Assembly (NCBI RefSeq): GCF_009914755.1
Contig: NC_060927.1
DNA length: 64,000 nucleotides
Direction: 5' to 3' (one strand)
Origin: the human T2T-CHM13v2.0 reference genome, Homo sapiens
Below are positions 43,497 through 59,870 of this stretch, in pieces (position 1 is the first letter of the stretch; each line of letters opens with the position of its first letter). A model generated the notes under the pieces. The model had not been told where the DNA came from. It saw only the letters and a program-made list of their open reading frames with translations, and searched no databases. The translations under genes and the position numbers were made by a program.

Positions 43497-43860
43497 ATGG
43501 TGGCCCTCCGTATCCATCGGTTCCACATGTGTGGTTTCAACCAACTATGTACTGAAAATAAAATTGCATCCTTACAAACACGCAGACTTTTTTTTTTCCT
43601 TGTCATTGTTCGCTAAGCAACACAGTGTAGCAGCTATTTACCTGCATTTACATTGTATTAGGTACTATGAGTAATCCTGGAGTTGCTGTACAACTTAAAT
43701 GTAAAACTTGAAATGAGGATGATTTAAAATATGGAGGAGGATGTGCATAGGTTATATGCAAATACTCTGCCATTTTATATTAGGGACTTGAGCATCCACG
43801 GATTTTGGTGTCCGTGGGGGTCCTGGACCCAACCTGCCACGGATACGCAGGGACGACTAT
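43497..43860. mobile_element. MER2-like (TcMar-Tigger) DNA transposon fossil
   Basis: Inverted ends ggccctccgtatcc...ggatacgcagggacgact; agggacttgagcatccacggattttggt. Confidence 0.75.
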
Positions 43861-44045
43861 TTGGCATAGAGGCCTAATGCTTTTACCAAGGACAGCCGCT
43901 GCAGGCTGTGATCCCTGAGACGAGTGTGAGTTCAGTAAGGGCAGAGTATTTGTTCTGGTTCTCAGCTGTGTCCCAGCACCTAGGATTGTCCCTGGCACAC
44001 AGTAGATGCTTAGAAAAGATTTGATGGGAGGGTGGCCGTACATGA

Positions 44046-44441
<396 letters not shown>

Positions 44442-44969
44442 TAGAGGAAGAGACAGATGTTTCCTTAAAGAAAGTACTGTATTGTTTTCTAAATTGCACT
44501 TGAAATTTCTATCAGTGGAGGATGGAAGGAGGCTTAATAATTTATTCCTCCTAAGTAAACTGTCATAGATACATCATTTGCAGCTTTTCCCATTTTATAA
44601 TTACTTTCCTATATGATCTTGTGTTATTTCTAATGAGCTTATACATCAAGGGATCTTTATAATTGCTATTTCTAATGATCTTGTACATCGAGGGATCTTT
44701 ATAATTCATACCTTTGAGTGGTTTGCGGTTCACACAGAGCTTGTCAGTCACTTAGCCTCCTTGTTGGGCGAGGTGGGTGGAAGCTGTTACTTTCCCCGCA
44801 TAGATGAAGAGGTGAACAGGGGGTAGAAGAGTCTGGAACATCAGTCTCCCCTGCTGATGTTCCTCCACCTGCCGTGCTCCTGGGTCTGAGCTGGAGCACA
44901 GGTGGTGAGGGCCTCGGGAACATGGGACACGGGGGACAGTCGCAGATGCTGACATTGGAGGTCCTCTGA

Positions 44970-45668
<699 letters not shown>

Positions 45669-46724
45669 GTAAGTGTTTTCTTCAGGACCCAGACTATTTG
45701 AGAAGGCGCAGGAGGTTAGTCTTTTTTCTTTTTTTTTGAGACAGGGTCTTAGTGCCCTGTTCTTAGGGCGCGAAGAACAGGACAGTTAGCATCGTTCCCA
45801 CCTCCAGAGATCCTCACGGTCGTTATGCAGCCTCGTGTGCTCAGAACAGTGTGAGGTGGATGAGGCACTGGTGGATGTTTGCGTGGCAAGGATGGTGGGA
45901 CCCCAGGCCCATGTTCTTCCCGTTAGCTTTCTCTGGTGTTAACTGTTTAGCATCATTGCTGCTGTTTTTATAGAACAGGCGCTTTTTGCTTTTTGTATGG
46001 ACTCAAGTGAAATAAAAACTAGCACCGCCGTACCTTATAAACGTGCGCCCTTTTCTATCTGTAGTTAGAAAGGTACAGGCAGTATTAAAAGGGTAGCTAC
46101 TTCAGACACTGTGTCTCTGTGGATCTGACGACAGCTCAGGAGGCCAGCACATGCAGAGCCGGCGTCTCATCCCCAGCCGTTGCTGATCATCGGCGAAGGC
46201 GGGGTTCAGGTGCCTCGTTCCTGACGCCACAGGTTGTGCTTGTCTCACTCCATAGCGCTGCACTTTGTCGCAGTGAGGTCTGATACCACTTCTCTCAGAG
46301 CAGTGTAGAAATTTTGAGCTTCTCTTTCTTTGAAAATGCAGAAAAGAACATTTTGTGAGAATACCCTATACTTGACATCTGAGAAACCGCTCACACATGC
46401 AGCATCTCACGCAGAATGCTGTGGAGTCGGACTCAAAAGGCTGCACGCCTGTGGTCCTGTTGATAGGACATTCTGGACAAGGCACATCTAGGGAAGAAAA
46501 GGGATTGGTGGTTGCCAGAGGCTGTTTCCTGATTGTGCTGAGACTTACAGACACAGCTCTGTGTGTGTCAAAATTTGAAAAACCTACATTAAAAATGATG
46601 AGTTTATTTTACTGTATCTTTACGCTTTAATTTTTAAAAATGAAAAGGAAAGAAAAAATGCTTGTAGCATCCCTACTTCTCCCCCAACCCCCGACCCCCC
46701 CAAAAATATATATATGTGTATTTT

Positions 46725-48320
<1,596 letters not shown>

Positions 48321-48591
48321 ACATTTTAATTTTTTAATTTTAGAGATGATTTGTAGTTTATTCACTCTAAGATCACTTAATGGATATCTACTGTGTGCCA
48401 ACAGTTTTGCCTTTTATGTCTGTTCTTTAAAATTGGCCCCAACTCAACAGATGGCCTCAGATGTAGGGTGGGTTGGCAGTGTGTTAGCTCAGGAGACTTA
48501 CACAGTTTCCAGGCTCCTTGAGCAGCTATGCTACATTTTTGTGTGTCGTACTAAATCCATTTGTTTTTTTAAAACGGTTTTCAAAAGTTAA

Positions 48592-49255
<664 letters not shown>

Positions 49256-50425
49256 TGCACCAGTATCTGGAGGTAAACAGCAGTAGGACATACTCCTCAC
49301 TGTATCAAGAATATGAAAGAGACCAGAAGTGCACTTCTTCTCCACATAGAAGGTCAGCAGGCCAGGGCAGAATTAGTGACTGCTTAGCATCCAGGACAGC
49401 CTTCTGTGGTTCACTTGTGTGTGCTTGGGCATGACCGCCGTGCCCTGACCGTCGCTGGCTGTCATGGATGAGTCACAGCGTGGAGGAGAGGGAGCCGCAG
49501 GACCACCAGAGAAGCTCCGTCCCCAGCAGGGCAGCTTTCTCTTAGAGGTTTCCTGGAGTTCAACACAAGACTGGTGCTTACATCTCAGGCCCAGATATTG
49601 ATCATGTCTTCATGCCTGGCTTCCAGCAGCTCGGAAACGTCTTTAAGCTGGACCTGTTGCTGCCCCTAAATATACTCAGCAGAGAGGGAGAGTGGGCGGC
49701 CGGTGGACAGTGATCTGTGTGGCCTGTGCTGCTGGGAGTCGGTCCAGTAGGACCGTCTGTGATGATGGAAATGTTGACTGCCGTCCAGTATGGCAGCCAT
49801 TAGCCATGGGGCCGTGGAGAACCTGATATATAGTCAGTCTAAGAAACTGAATTCCTCTAATAACAAGGATTCTTGTCCATGAATGAGAATCTCTTGTCTA
49901 CTATTTGCAAGAATTGCTGCGTATTTTCTAGGAAGAAGTCCACTGCTTTAGTCCTATTCTGAAAGGCATTTGGTGTTAGACACAAGAGAACAGGTTCCCT
50001 GCTGACATTTTCAGAGGCCCGTGCCCTTCGGTCTTCAGGTGAGGCTGGGCTTGAGGGAGGCTTTGTGGAACGGTGAGAAGAACAGCGTGACTAAGGCACA
50101 GAAGGCTGAGTGATGCCCTGCAGTGCTTTTGTAGGGTTGGAGGCCAGCTGGGAAAGAAGGAACCCTTGCGTTAGAGAATGGGAACATGCCTTAGGATATA
50201 GAAATGGCAAATCTGAGATAGTTTGAAGTGAGAATACTAGAAGTGTTCCCACCAAACAAGGTGTGTCTTGGTGCCTGCTGTATCCCAGGCTCCGTGAGGT
50301 GCCGGAGTCAGCACTGAACAAACAGAGCTTCCTATGCTTGCGGAAATGCATTTCGTTGGGGGAAGGGATTTTTCTGCTGACTCTGGCTATTAATAGTAAC
50401 AATCAAAAAAAGAAATGAGGTAAAT

Positions 50426-50882
50426 TGTTAGAAACAGGCCCCCAAATGTGGCCATAAACTGGCCATAAACAAAATCTCTGCAGCATGTGACATGCTCGTG
50501 ATGGCCAGGACGCCCACGCTGGAAGGTTATGGGTTTACCGTAATGAGGGCAAGGAACACCTAGCCCACCCAGAGCGGAAAACCTCTTAAGACGTTCTTAA
50601 ACCACAAACAATAGCATGAGCGCTCTGTGCCTTAAGGACATGCTCCTGCTGCAGATAACTAGCCAGACCCATCCCTTTATTTCCTGTAAGGAATACTTTC
50701 AGTAAGTCTTATCACTGGCTTGCTGTCAATAAATACATGGGTAAATCTCTGTTTGAGGCTTTTGGCTCTGAAGGCTGTGAGACCCCTGATTTCCCACTCC
50801 ACACTCTATATTTCTGTGTGTGTGTCTTTACTTCCTCTAGTGCCACTGGGTTAGGGTTTCCATGACCCAGCTGGTCTTGGCA
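50426..50882 (+). mobile_element. Solo LTR, MER9-type (ERVK class)
   Basis: TGTT...aggcccccaaatgtggccataaactgg...gctggtcttggCA; perfect 6-bp TSD gtaaat; internal AATAAA. Confidence 0.85.
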
Positions 50883-52058
50883 GTAAATATTGAAAAGGAA
50901 TAGATACAGTTTCCATTATTTACAGATATAATTTCCAAAAAATTTCCAGAGAATAAATGGAAAAACTAACAGAAACAAAACAAGAATGTAGTAAGGTATG
51001 TGGATAAGAGATTTGTATGTAAAAATCAGTAGCTTTGCAATGTGCCAGCAGTAATCTGCTCAGACATCAGTAAATATCTCATTCGCATTTCAAACAAAAA
51101 ATTTAAAATGCCTTGAAATAATGTAACCAGAAATACGAAAAGATGATACGAAAACGTCGCTGCTGAAGGACATGAAAGAATGTAATACTAGATTCTGAGA
51201 TGCAATTTTTTTCATTTGTTCTTCCTGAAAAACCGTTAGGTTGATGTGCATTACAGTGTTACGATTATGTATGAGTCTAAGGAAAATCAGATGAAATGTC
51301 CAAATTGAACCATGAAGGTGCATTGGTAGAGGAAGAGACAATTAGGGTCAGTGGAGCAAAGCACAGTTAGAGGGAGAAGCAAGGAGGAGGAGGGATCACG
51401 GAGGTGGTGCCTGTGTGTCCCACAGGAAGCAAAAGCTGATGCCCAGTTCCCAGCATACCTAAGTAAACTTCAGGTCCACTCCCAGCACGTTTCTCGTGAT
51501 AGTAAAACTATGAAGGAACTCAGTGTACAAGGAGCTTCTACAAAATAGGCAGAAGACAGTAGCCAGATGGGCCAAGGGCCCCAGCCACCCACGCCCCTCC
51601 CTCTCCTTGAAGACCTTCGGTTCCAACCCCACCATCAGCAGGGCTCTGCTCAGTTCCTCCTTGTGTGTATCACCACAGGGCTGCTGGCTCGTGTCACGTT
51701 CACCACCAGACCCCACATCAGGAGTCCCGCCAGGGGTGTGGGGAGGCAGCGCTGCCTGGTTGGCCGTGGAGCCGTATGGAACATGGTGCCTCACAGGCAG
51801 TCTGCTTGGCGTCCTGGATCCTGGCTGTATCCCGCTGGAAAGGATGTGTGTGGGTCTAAGATATGTATATAATAGAAACATTTATTCAGAAGCTTTAGTC
51901 AAGACTTCATTTTTAAGTTCAGAGTAATAAACTCATAGTCTAAATTTCCTAATTTTTCTGTTTAATTTACATAAATAAAATGAAATGCAAAACAACAGGT
52001 CTAAAAGTTAAGCAGTTCTTGGTATGGCTGCTTCTATGAATTAAAAGTTTACAAATAA

Positions 52059-52268
<210 letters not shown>

Positions 52269-52419
52269 TAGTTCCATGCTTGCTGTCTGGATGGGTGCTG
52301 GCCCCCAGCTGTAAAGCCACAACCAGTGACTCCATGGACTAGCAGGCCCAGGCTGACAGCTCGGAGGGCCCGTGTGACTGGGTCCCACCTGCCCCTGATG
52401 GAACTTTTTGTGTCCCCAG

Positions 52420-52550
52420 GAATGGTCTGGAACACGGACCTGGTGGAGACCCTGGAGCTGCAGAACCTGATGCTATGTGCGCTGCAGACCGTCAATGGAG
52501 CAGAGGCGGGGAAGGAGTCACGGGGCGCGCACGCCGGGGAAGACTACAAG
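52420..52550 (+). pseudogene. SDHA: SDHA-like exon 13
   Basis: [44 protein letters not shown]. Confidence 0.95.
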
Positions 52551-52849
52551 GTGCGCCTTCTCGCCACGCCCACCTGCACCTGCCTTTTCCTCCCGCCTGG
52601 TGGGACTCAGCCCCACCCCTGCATTTTCTCTGCATTTTATGTCGTTTCCCCAAAAGTAAATCCAAAAAATGCCTTTTTCCCTCTGGTAACTTTGATCCCT
52701 GGGTTCTCGCCATTTTCTGGATCACTGTGACCTGTTCCTTGCTTTGGGTCGGCATCCACTGATGCCAGCAGTGGCATCTCCAAGCCAATGTGCTTTGCTG
52801 TTAGAAGACCAAGGTTAGAAGTGCAGCCAGCGTGGCATGACCAGGAAAT

Positions 52850-53075
52850 AAATGCCAGTTTATTAAATAACGAGTAAGCCACCGTTTCAAGCCTGCCCTG
52901 TGGAGGAAATGCCAGTTTATTAAATAACGAGTAAGCCACCATTTCAAGCCTGCCCTGTGGAGGAAATGCCAGTTTATTAAATAACAAGTAAGTCACCGTT
53001 TCAGACCTGCCCTGTGGAGGAAATGCCAGTTTACTAAATAACGAGTAAGCCACTGTTTCCAACCTGTCCTGTGGT
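52850..53075 (+). repeat. 57-bp minisatellite, ~4 copies
   Basis: aatgccagtttattaaataacgagtaagccacc at 52851, 52908 and 52965, plus one more copy. Confidence 0.95.
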
Positions 53076-53559
53076 TTGGAAAAGGTATTATAGAGCCTGT
53101 CCTGTGGTTTGATTACGGAGCCTGCCCTGTGGTCACTTGTTCTTCAGATGAACTGATTTTTGTGCAGAGCACACGTGTTGGATTCTGCCTGGTAAGAGTT
53201 TTTCACATATGATAGCAAAAAACGACGGAAAGGGAAGCTTGGGGTGCAAATGCAAGTTCAGCATAAACCACATCAGCAAAAGGACAAAGGCTCCACAAGG
53301 CAGGCGCACAGGCTGGTTCAGGGCCATGTGTGGGCGGCTGGTGGCAGCCTTTCCAGTCAGCTGAACACAGTGAATGGGAAAATCATTTTTATTCACCATG
53401 AAATTTTACTGATTTACCCTCCACTAGAATATGCTGATGGCTGTGATCACTGCTCAGAATTTGCTCGTCTCCTCATACATATTAAGAGTCTTTCCTGCAA
53501 AGTATATGAATCCGTGTTTGCCAGAATACAGAATAATAATAAATTTATGATTTTTAATT

Positions 53560-54180
<621 letters not shown>

Positions 54181-54503
54181 AGTGTTTTTAATAAAAACAG
54201 GCTGAAAGAAAGGATTGAGGTAGTCTCCCAGCGCTTGGAGCAAAAAGACAAAGTATTTGATAAACTCTTAGGTACATAAAGGATGTCTAAGGGAACATGC
54301 GGACATGGATTACTCTGGACTCACTGCTGGCTGCACATTGCTGGCCAGCCATGTGGCCTCTGTGCGTTCTGAACGTGTTGATGGTGCCAACCTCCTGGGC
54401 TGAAGTGGAAATGGAATGGGTTCTAGGGCATCTGTCTCTTAGATCATTTTAACGTTTGCTGTGTTTTTTCTGTATTGCTCTGTTAGAGTAATGAGAAATG
54501 TGA

Positions 54504-54785
<282 letters not shown>

Positions 54786-55164
54786 TGACAGCAGTTGGGC
54801 TTCGGGCTGGAAACAGAATCCAGTGCCTGCAGGTGGTTCAGAGGAGCCTTAAGGAAGGGTTGCTCCGTGGTGTGGGCCAGATGGACGTCACTGGGCAGGA
54901 GCAAGTGTCCAAGGCCTGGTGGCAGGGGAAGAGATGATGATTATGGACCTAGCGAGAAAGCATCTGTGTAGTGGGGACACAGCCACTACCAGAAACCAGT
55001 CCCGAGCCAAGGGAGCCCAGAAGAGATCCCTCCCCTCTCCTCCCATGGGCTGGGCCAACTGGAAGCATCTGCAGGGGAGCAGAGGGGATGAGGTGCAGCC
55101 CTTAGCATCCCCTGGGCACTGAGCAAGCAGAGAAGGGCAGAAATGGAGGCGGGGTTGGGGTGAG

Positions 55165-55293
55165 CAGCGTCCTGGGAACAGCCAGCCGAGGATGTGGTAG
55201 GGGGTTGCAGCTTGTTCCACACAAGCACAGCGTCTTGGGAACAGCCAGCCGAGGGTGTGGTAGGGGGGTTGCAGCTTGTTCCACACAAGCACA
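55165..55293 (+). repeat. ~62-bp tandem duplication, two copies
   Basis: cagcgtcctgggaacagccagccgagg..ttgcagcttgttccacacaagcacag occurs twice. Confidence 0.9.
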
Positions 55294-55569
55294 GTTCACC
55301 CGTGTGGCATTTCCGCTGGGCATTGAGATTCAGAAATCATGAAGATAGAAAGCTTTTACCCTTAAGCTTTTCATAACTTGTAAGGGAGAGTCGTATAATC
55401 ACTTAGCTGTGTCTGTGGAAGTTACCTTTGGACTCTCACTATCATCTAGTGTGTCTGTGATTCAGGCAGTAGGTCATTTTCAGAATTTATCATGAAGGCC
55501 ATTTCCTGATAGTATAGAGAGGTCACACTTGCTTAGCACAAGTCTATTTTTAATGTTTCCGGGTTCAGG

Positions 55570-55852
55570 TTTTTTGTTTTGTTTTTGTTGTTCTGAGATA
55601 GAGTCTCATCTCTTTTGCCCAGGCTGAAATGTGGTGGCTCGATCTCGTCTCACTGCAGCCTCAACCTCCCCTCGGCTCAGGTGATCCTCCCACCTCAGCC
55701 TCCCGGGCACATGCCACCATGCCTGGCTAATTTTTGTATGTTTTGTAGAGACGGGGTTTTGCCACGTTGCCCAGGCTAGTCTTGAGCTCCTGAGCTCAAG
55801 TGATCCACCTGTCTTGGCCTCCCCAACAGGCATGAACCAACACGCCCAGCCA
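55570..55852 (-). mobile_element. AluJ, antisense, internally deleted
   Basis: gagatagagtctcatctc...cacgcccagcc. Confidence 0.85.
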
Positions 55853-55996
55853 GTTTCAGTGATTTTTCAAGAAATACGTACTCATTTTAGAAAGTACAAA
55901 GAGATTGAAATAAGAGCTCACTAACCAGAGATGACCCATTATGGTTTAAATTTCTTTGTATATGTGCCTACCTTTTCCTGTGTGTGCATATTTAAT

Positions 55997-56219
55997 ACAC
56001 GGCTTGAGTATTCCTTCTCTGAAATCCTTGGGACCAGAAGTGTTTTGGATTTCAGGCTTGTTCAGACTTTGGAATATTTGCATTACACTTACTGTCTGAG
56101 CATCCCTAATGGGAAGATCTGACTCCATAGCACATTTCTTTTGAATGTCATGCTGGTGCTCAGAAAGTTTCAGATTTGGGAGAATTTCAGATGTTTGGAT
56201 TAGGGATGTTCTACCTATA
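55997..56219. mobile_element. Tigger4a/MER46-like DNA transposon fossil
   Basis: gcttgagtattccttctctgaaatccttgggaccagaagtgttttggatttc...ggattagggatgttctacct. Confidence 0.7.
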
Positions 56220-56578
56220 TAAATATTTACTTTGAAGTAGAAAAACTGGAAGTAGATAGTTTAAACATGAAGTGTCTTGGTATAGACAAGGGTTCTCCCA
56301 CTTTTCATGATGGGAGCATTTTTGTAAAGCAAAGCACTGAGAATCTGGTACAGTGTCATTTTCGTTGCTCTGTTCCACTCTACCGATCTGCCGTCATTTA
56401 CAGTCCCCTGTTGCGCATGTAGATCATTTTTGAATTTGTTATTGGAAAATACTGCAGCAAATACCTTAAAGTTCACATGCCGTAAATCTACTTTTATAGT
56501 TAAAATTTTTCAAAAGGAACACAAGAGATGGCTTTTTGTACATTTTTGTGCTTAACTTACCACTGACTTCTTTTCAAG

Positions 56579-56900
56579 GTCACTGTGGAATATAGACCCA
56601 TAATCGACAAAACTTTGAATGAGGCTGACTGTGCCACTGTCCCCCCAGCCATTCACTCCTACTGATGAGACAAGATGCGGTGATGACAGAATCAGCTTTT
56701 GTAATTATGTATAATAGCTCATGCATGTGTCAATGTCATAACTGTCTTTATACGCTTCTGCACTCTGGGGAAGAAGGAGTACATTGAAGGGGGATTGGCA
56801 CCCAGTGGCCGGGGAGCGTGGCACTTTGTCCCTTGCTTCATTCTTGTGACAAGATAAAACTGGGCACAGCTCTTAAATAAAATATAAATGAACAAACTTT
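56579..56900 (+). pseudogene. SDHA: SDHA-like exon 15 (stop 56663-56665, AATAAA 56876-56881)
   Basis: [28 protein letters not shown] followed by an SDHA-like 3'UTR. Confidence 0.94.
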
Positions 56901-57024
56901 CTTTTATTTCCAAATCCATTTAAAATATTTTACTGTTGTGACTTTAGTCATATTTGTTGACCTAAAAATCAAATGTAATTATCTTTGTATTCTGTTACAT
57001 CAAAATCCAGATATTTTGTTGTAG

Positions 57025-57310
57025 TTTCTTTTTTTTTTTTTTTTTTGAGACAGGATCAGTGCAGTGGTGCAGTCTCAGCTCACTGCAGCCTCAAACTCCT
57101 GGGCAGCTCAGGTGATCTTCCCGACTCAGCCTTCTGAGCAGTTGGGGCTACAGGTGTGCACCACCACGCCCAGCTCATTTATTTTGTAATTGTAGGGACA
57201 GGGTCTCACTGTGTTGCCTAGGCTGGTCTCAAACTGCTGGGCTCAAGTGATCGTTCCTCCTTGGCCTCCCGAAGTGCTGGAATTATAGGTGTGAACCACC
57301 ATGTCTGGCC
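57025..57310 (-). mobile_element. AluJ, antisense
   Basis: Poly-T gagacaggatc...aaccaccatgtctggcc. Confidence 0.88.
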
Positions 57311-57410
57311 TTATTGTAGTTTATTTCTAAGTTCAAATTAATGTTGGTGCTTTTCCTCCTTTTTCTTGGCAGATGGTTTGCTAGGTGAGTGTGTCCTCGA
57401 TTCTTTAAAT

Positions 57411-59318
57411 CAGGGTCCCCAGTCCCCAGGCCACAGATCGTTACCAGTCCATGGCCTGTTAGGAACCAGGCCACACAGTAGGAGGTGAGCAGCCAGCCAG
57501 TGAGCATTACTGTGTGAGCTCGGCCCCCTGCCAGAGCATTACTGTGAGCTCCGCCCCCTGCCAGAGCATTACTGTGTGAGCTCTGCCCCCTGCCAGAGCA
57601 TTACTGTGAGCTCCGCCCCCTGCCAGAGCATTACTGTGTGAGCTCCGCCCCCTGCCAGAGCATTACTGTGTGAGCTCCGCCCCCTGCCAGAGCATTACTG
57701 TGTGAGCTCCGCCCCGTCAGAGCATTACTGTGTGAGCTCCGCCCCCTGTCAGAGCATTACTGTGTGAGCTCCACCCCCTGCCAGAGATTACTGTGTGAGC
57801 TCCGCCCCATGTCAGAGCATTACTGTGTGAGCTCCGCCCCCTGCCAGAGCATTACTGTGAGCTGCACCCCCTGCCAGAGCATTACTGTGTGAGCTCCGCC
57901 CCGTCAGAGCATTACTGTGTGAGCTCCGCCCCCTGTCAGAGCATTACTGTGTGCGCTCCGCCCCCTGCCAGAGCATTACTGTGAGCTCCACCCCCTGCCA
58001 GAGCATTACTGTGTGAGCTCCGCCCCCTGTCAGAGCATTACTGTGTGAGCTCCGCCCCCTGTCAGAGCATTACTGTGTGAGCTCCGCCCCCTGTCAGAGC
58101 ATTACTGTGAGCTCCGCCCCCTGTCAGAGCATTACTGTGTGAGCTCCGCCCCCTGTCAGAGCATTACTGTGTGAGCTCCGCCCCCTGCCAGAACATTACT
58201 GAGCTCCGCCCCCTGCCAGAGCATTACTGTGTGAGCTCCGTCCCCTGCCAGAGTATTACTGTGTGAGCTCCGTCCCCTGCCAGAGCATTACTGTGTGAGC
58301 TCCGCCCCCTGGCAGAGCATTACTGTGTGAGCTCCGCCCCCTGCCAGAGCATTACTGTGAGCTCCGCCCCCTGTGATCATTACTATGTGAGCTCCGCCCC
58401 GTCATATCATTACTGTGTGAGCTCCACCCCCTGTCATATCATTACTGTGTGAGCTCCGCCCCCTGTCATATCATTACTGTGTGAGCTCCTCCCCCGGCCG
58501 GAGCATTACTGTGTGAGCTCCGCCCCCTGCCAGAGCATTACTGTGAGCTCCGCCCCCTGCCAGAGCATTACTGTGTGAGCTCCACCCATTGTCAGCATTA
58601 CTGTGTGAGCCCTGCCCCCATCAGATCATTACTGAGCTCCGCCCCCTGCCAGAGCATTACTGTGAGCTCCGCCCCCTGCCAGAGCATTACTGTGAGCTCT
58701 GCCCCCTGTCATCATTACTGTGTGAGCTCCGCCCCCATCATCATTACTGTGTGAGCTCCGCCCCCGTCAGAGCATTACTGTGAGCTCCGCCCCCTGCCAG
58801 AGCATTACTGTGTGAGCTCCGCCCCCCTGCCAGAGCATTACTGTGAGCTCTGCCCCCTGTCATCAATACTGTGTGAGCTCCGCCCCCGTCATCATTACTG
58901 TGTGAGCTCCGCCCCCGTCAGAGCATTACTGTGAGCTCTGCCCCCTGCCAGAGCATTACTGTGTGAGCTCCGCCCCTGTCATATCATTACTGTGTGAGCT
59001 CCGCCCCCTGTCATATCATTACTGTGTGAGCTCCGCCCCCTGTCATATCATTGCTGTGTGAGCTCCGCCCCCTGTCATATCATTGCTGTGTGAGCCCCGC
59101 CTCCTGTCAGATCAGTGGTGGCATTAGATTCTCATAGGAGTGGAATCCTGTCGTGAACTGCGCATGCGAAGGATCTAGGTTATGCCCCGCTTATGAGAAT
59201 CTAATACTGATGATCTGAGATGGAACCGTTTCGTCTCCAAACCATCCCCACACTTGTCAGTGGAAAAAGTGTCTTCCGTGAAACCAGTCCCTGGTGCCAA
59301 AAAGGTTAGGGACTGCCG
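57411..59318 (+). mobile_element. MER1B (hAT-Charlie) interrupted by an internally amplified minisatellite
   Basis: cagggtcccc..ggcctgttaggaacc..gagcattact / ctcctgtcagatcagtggtggcattagattctcatagg..ggtgccaaaaaggttagggactgccg; 8-bp TSD ctttaaat/gtttaaat. Confidence 0.88.
57502..59110 (+). repeat. 30-32 bp minisatellite, ~50 copies
   Basis: Unit gagcattactgtgtgagctccgccccctgcca. Confidence 0.97.
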
Positions 59319-59440
59319 GTTTAAATAACCAAATGCTAAAAGAACTGGCATAGAAGTAAATGGGCTGCTGCTTTATTTTTAGGCTGTTCTTTTTAGAGAA
59401 CAATGACAGTTATTTCCAAGTTTGTCATTAGAAAATAATA

Positions 59441-59520
59441 TTAGGTTGGTGCAAAAGTAATTGCGGTTTTTGCTATTGCTTTCAATGGTAAAAGCCACGA
59501 TTACTTTTGCACCAACTTAA
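59441..59520. mobile_element. MADE1 MITE (miR-548-type hairpin)
   Basis: ttaggttggtgcaaaagtaattgcggttttt...ttacttttgcaccaacttaa, 80 bp, TA flanks. Confidence 0.92.
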
Positions 59521-59599
59521 TATGATAAATTTGTTCCTTAAAGTGTATTTTTGATAAGAAAGCCCTTTTGTTTTTCCTTCTGTTAATTTTTTGTTTTTT

Positions 59600-59870
59600 T
59601 CTTGGTAGAGACAGAGTTTTGCCATGCTGCCCAGGCTGGAGTGCAGTGGTGTGATCTCGGCTCACTGCAGCCTCCACCTCCTGGGCTCCAGCAGTCCTCC
59701 CACCTCAACCTCCCTAAGAGCTGAGACTACAGGTGTGAGCCACCATGCCTGGCTAATTTTTAGAGACAGGGTTTCACCCTCTTGCCCAGGCTGGTCCCAA
59801 ACTCCTGGGCTCAAGCAGTCCTCCTGCCTCAGCCTCCCAGAGTATTGGGATTATAGGTGTGAGCCACTGC
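59600..59870 (-). mobile_element. AluJ, antisense
   Basis: gagacagagttttgccatgctgcccaggctggagtgcagtgg...gtgagccactgc. Confidence 0.88.

Noticed and set aside
59441-59520. Naming this hairpin as a specific annotated miRNA such as MIR570
   Set aside because: It does not match the MIR570 precursor as I recall it; only family-level MADE1 similarity is supportable.
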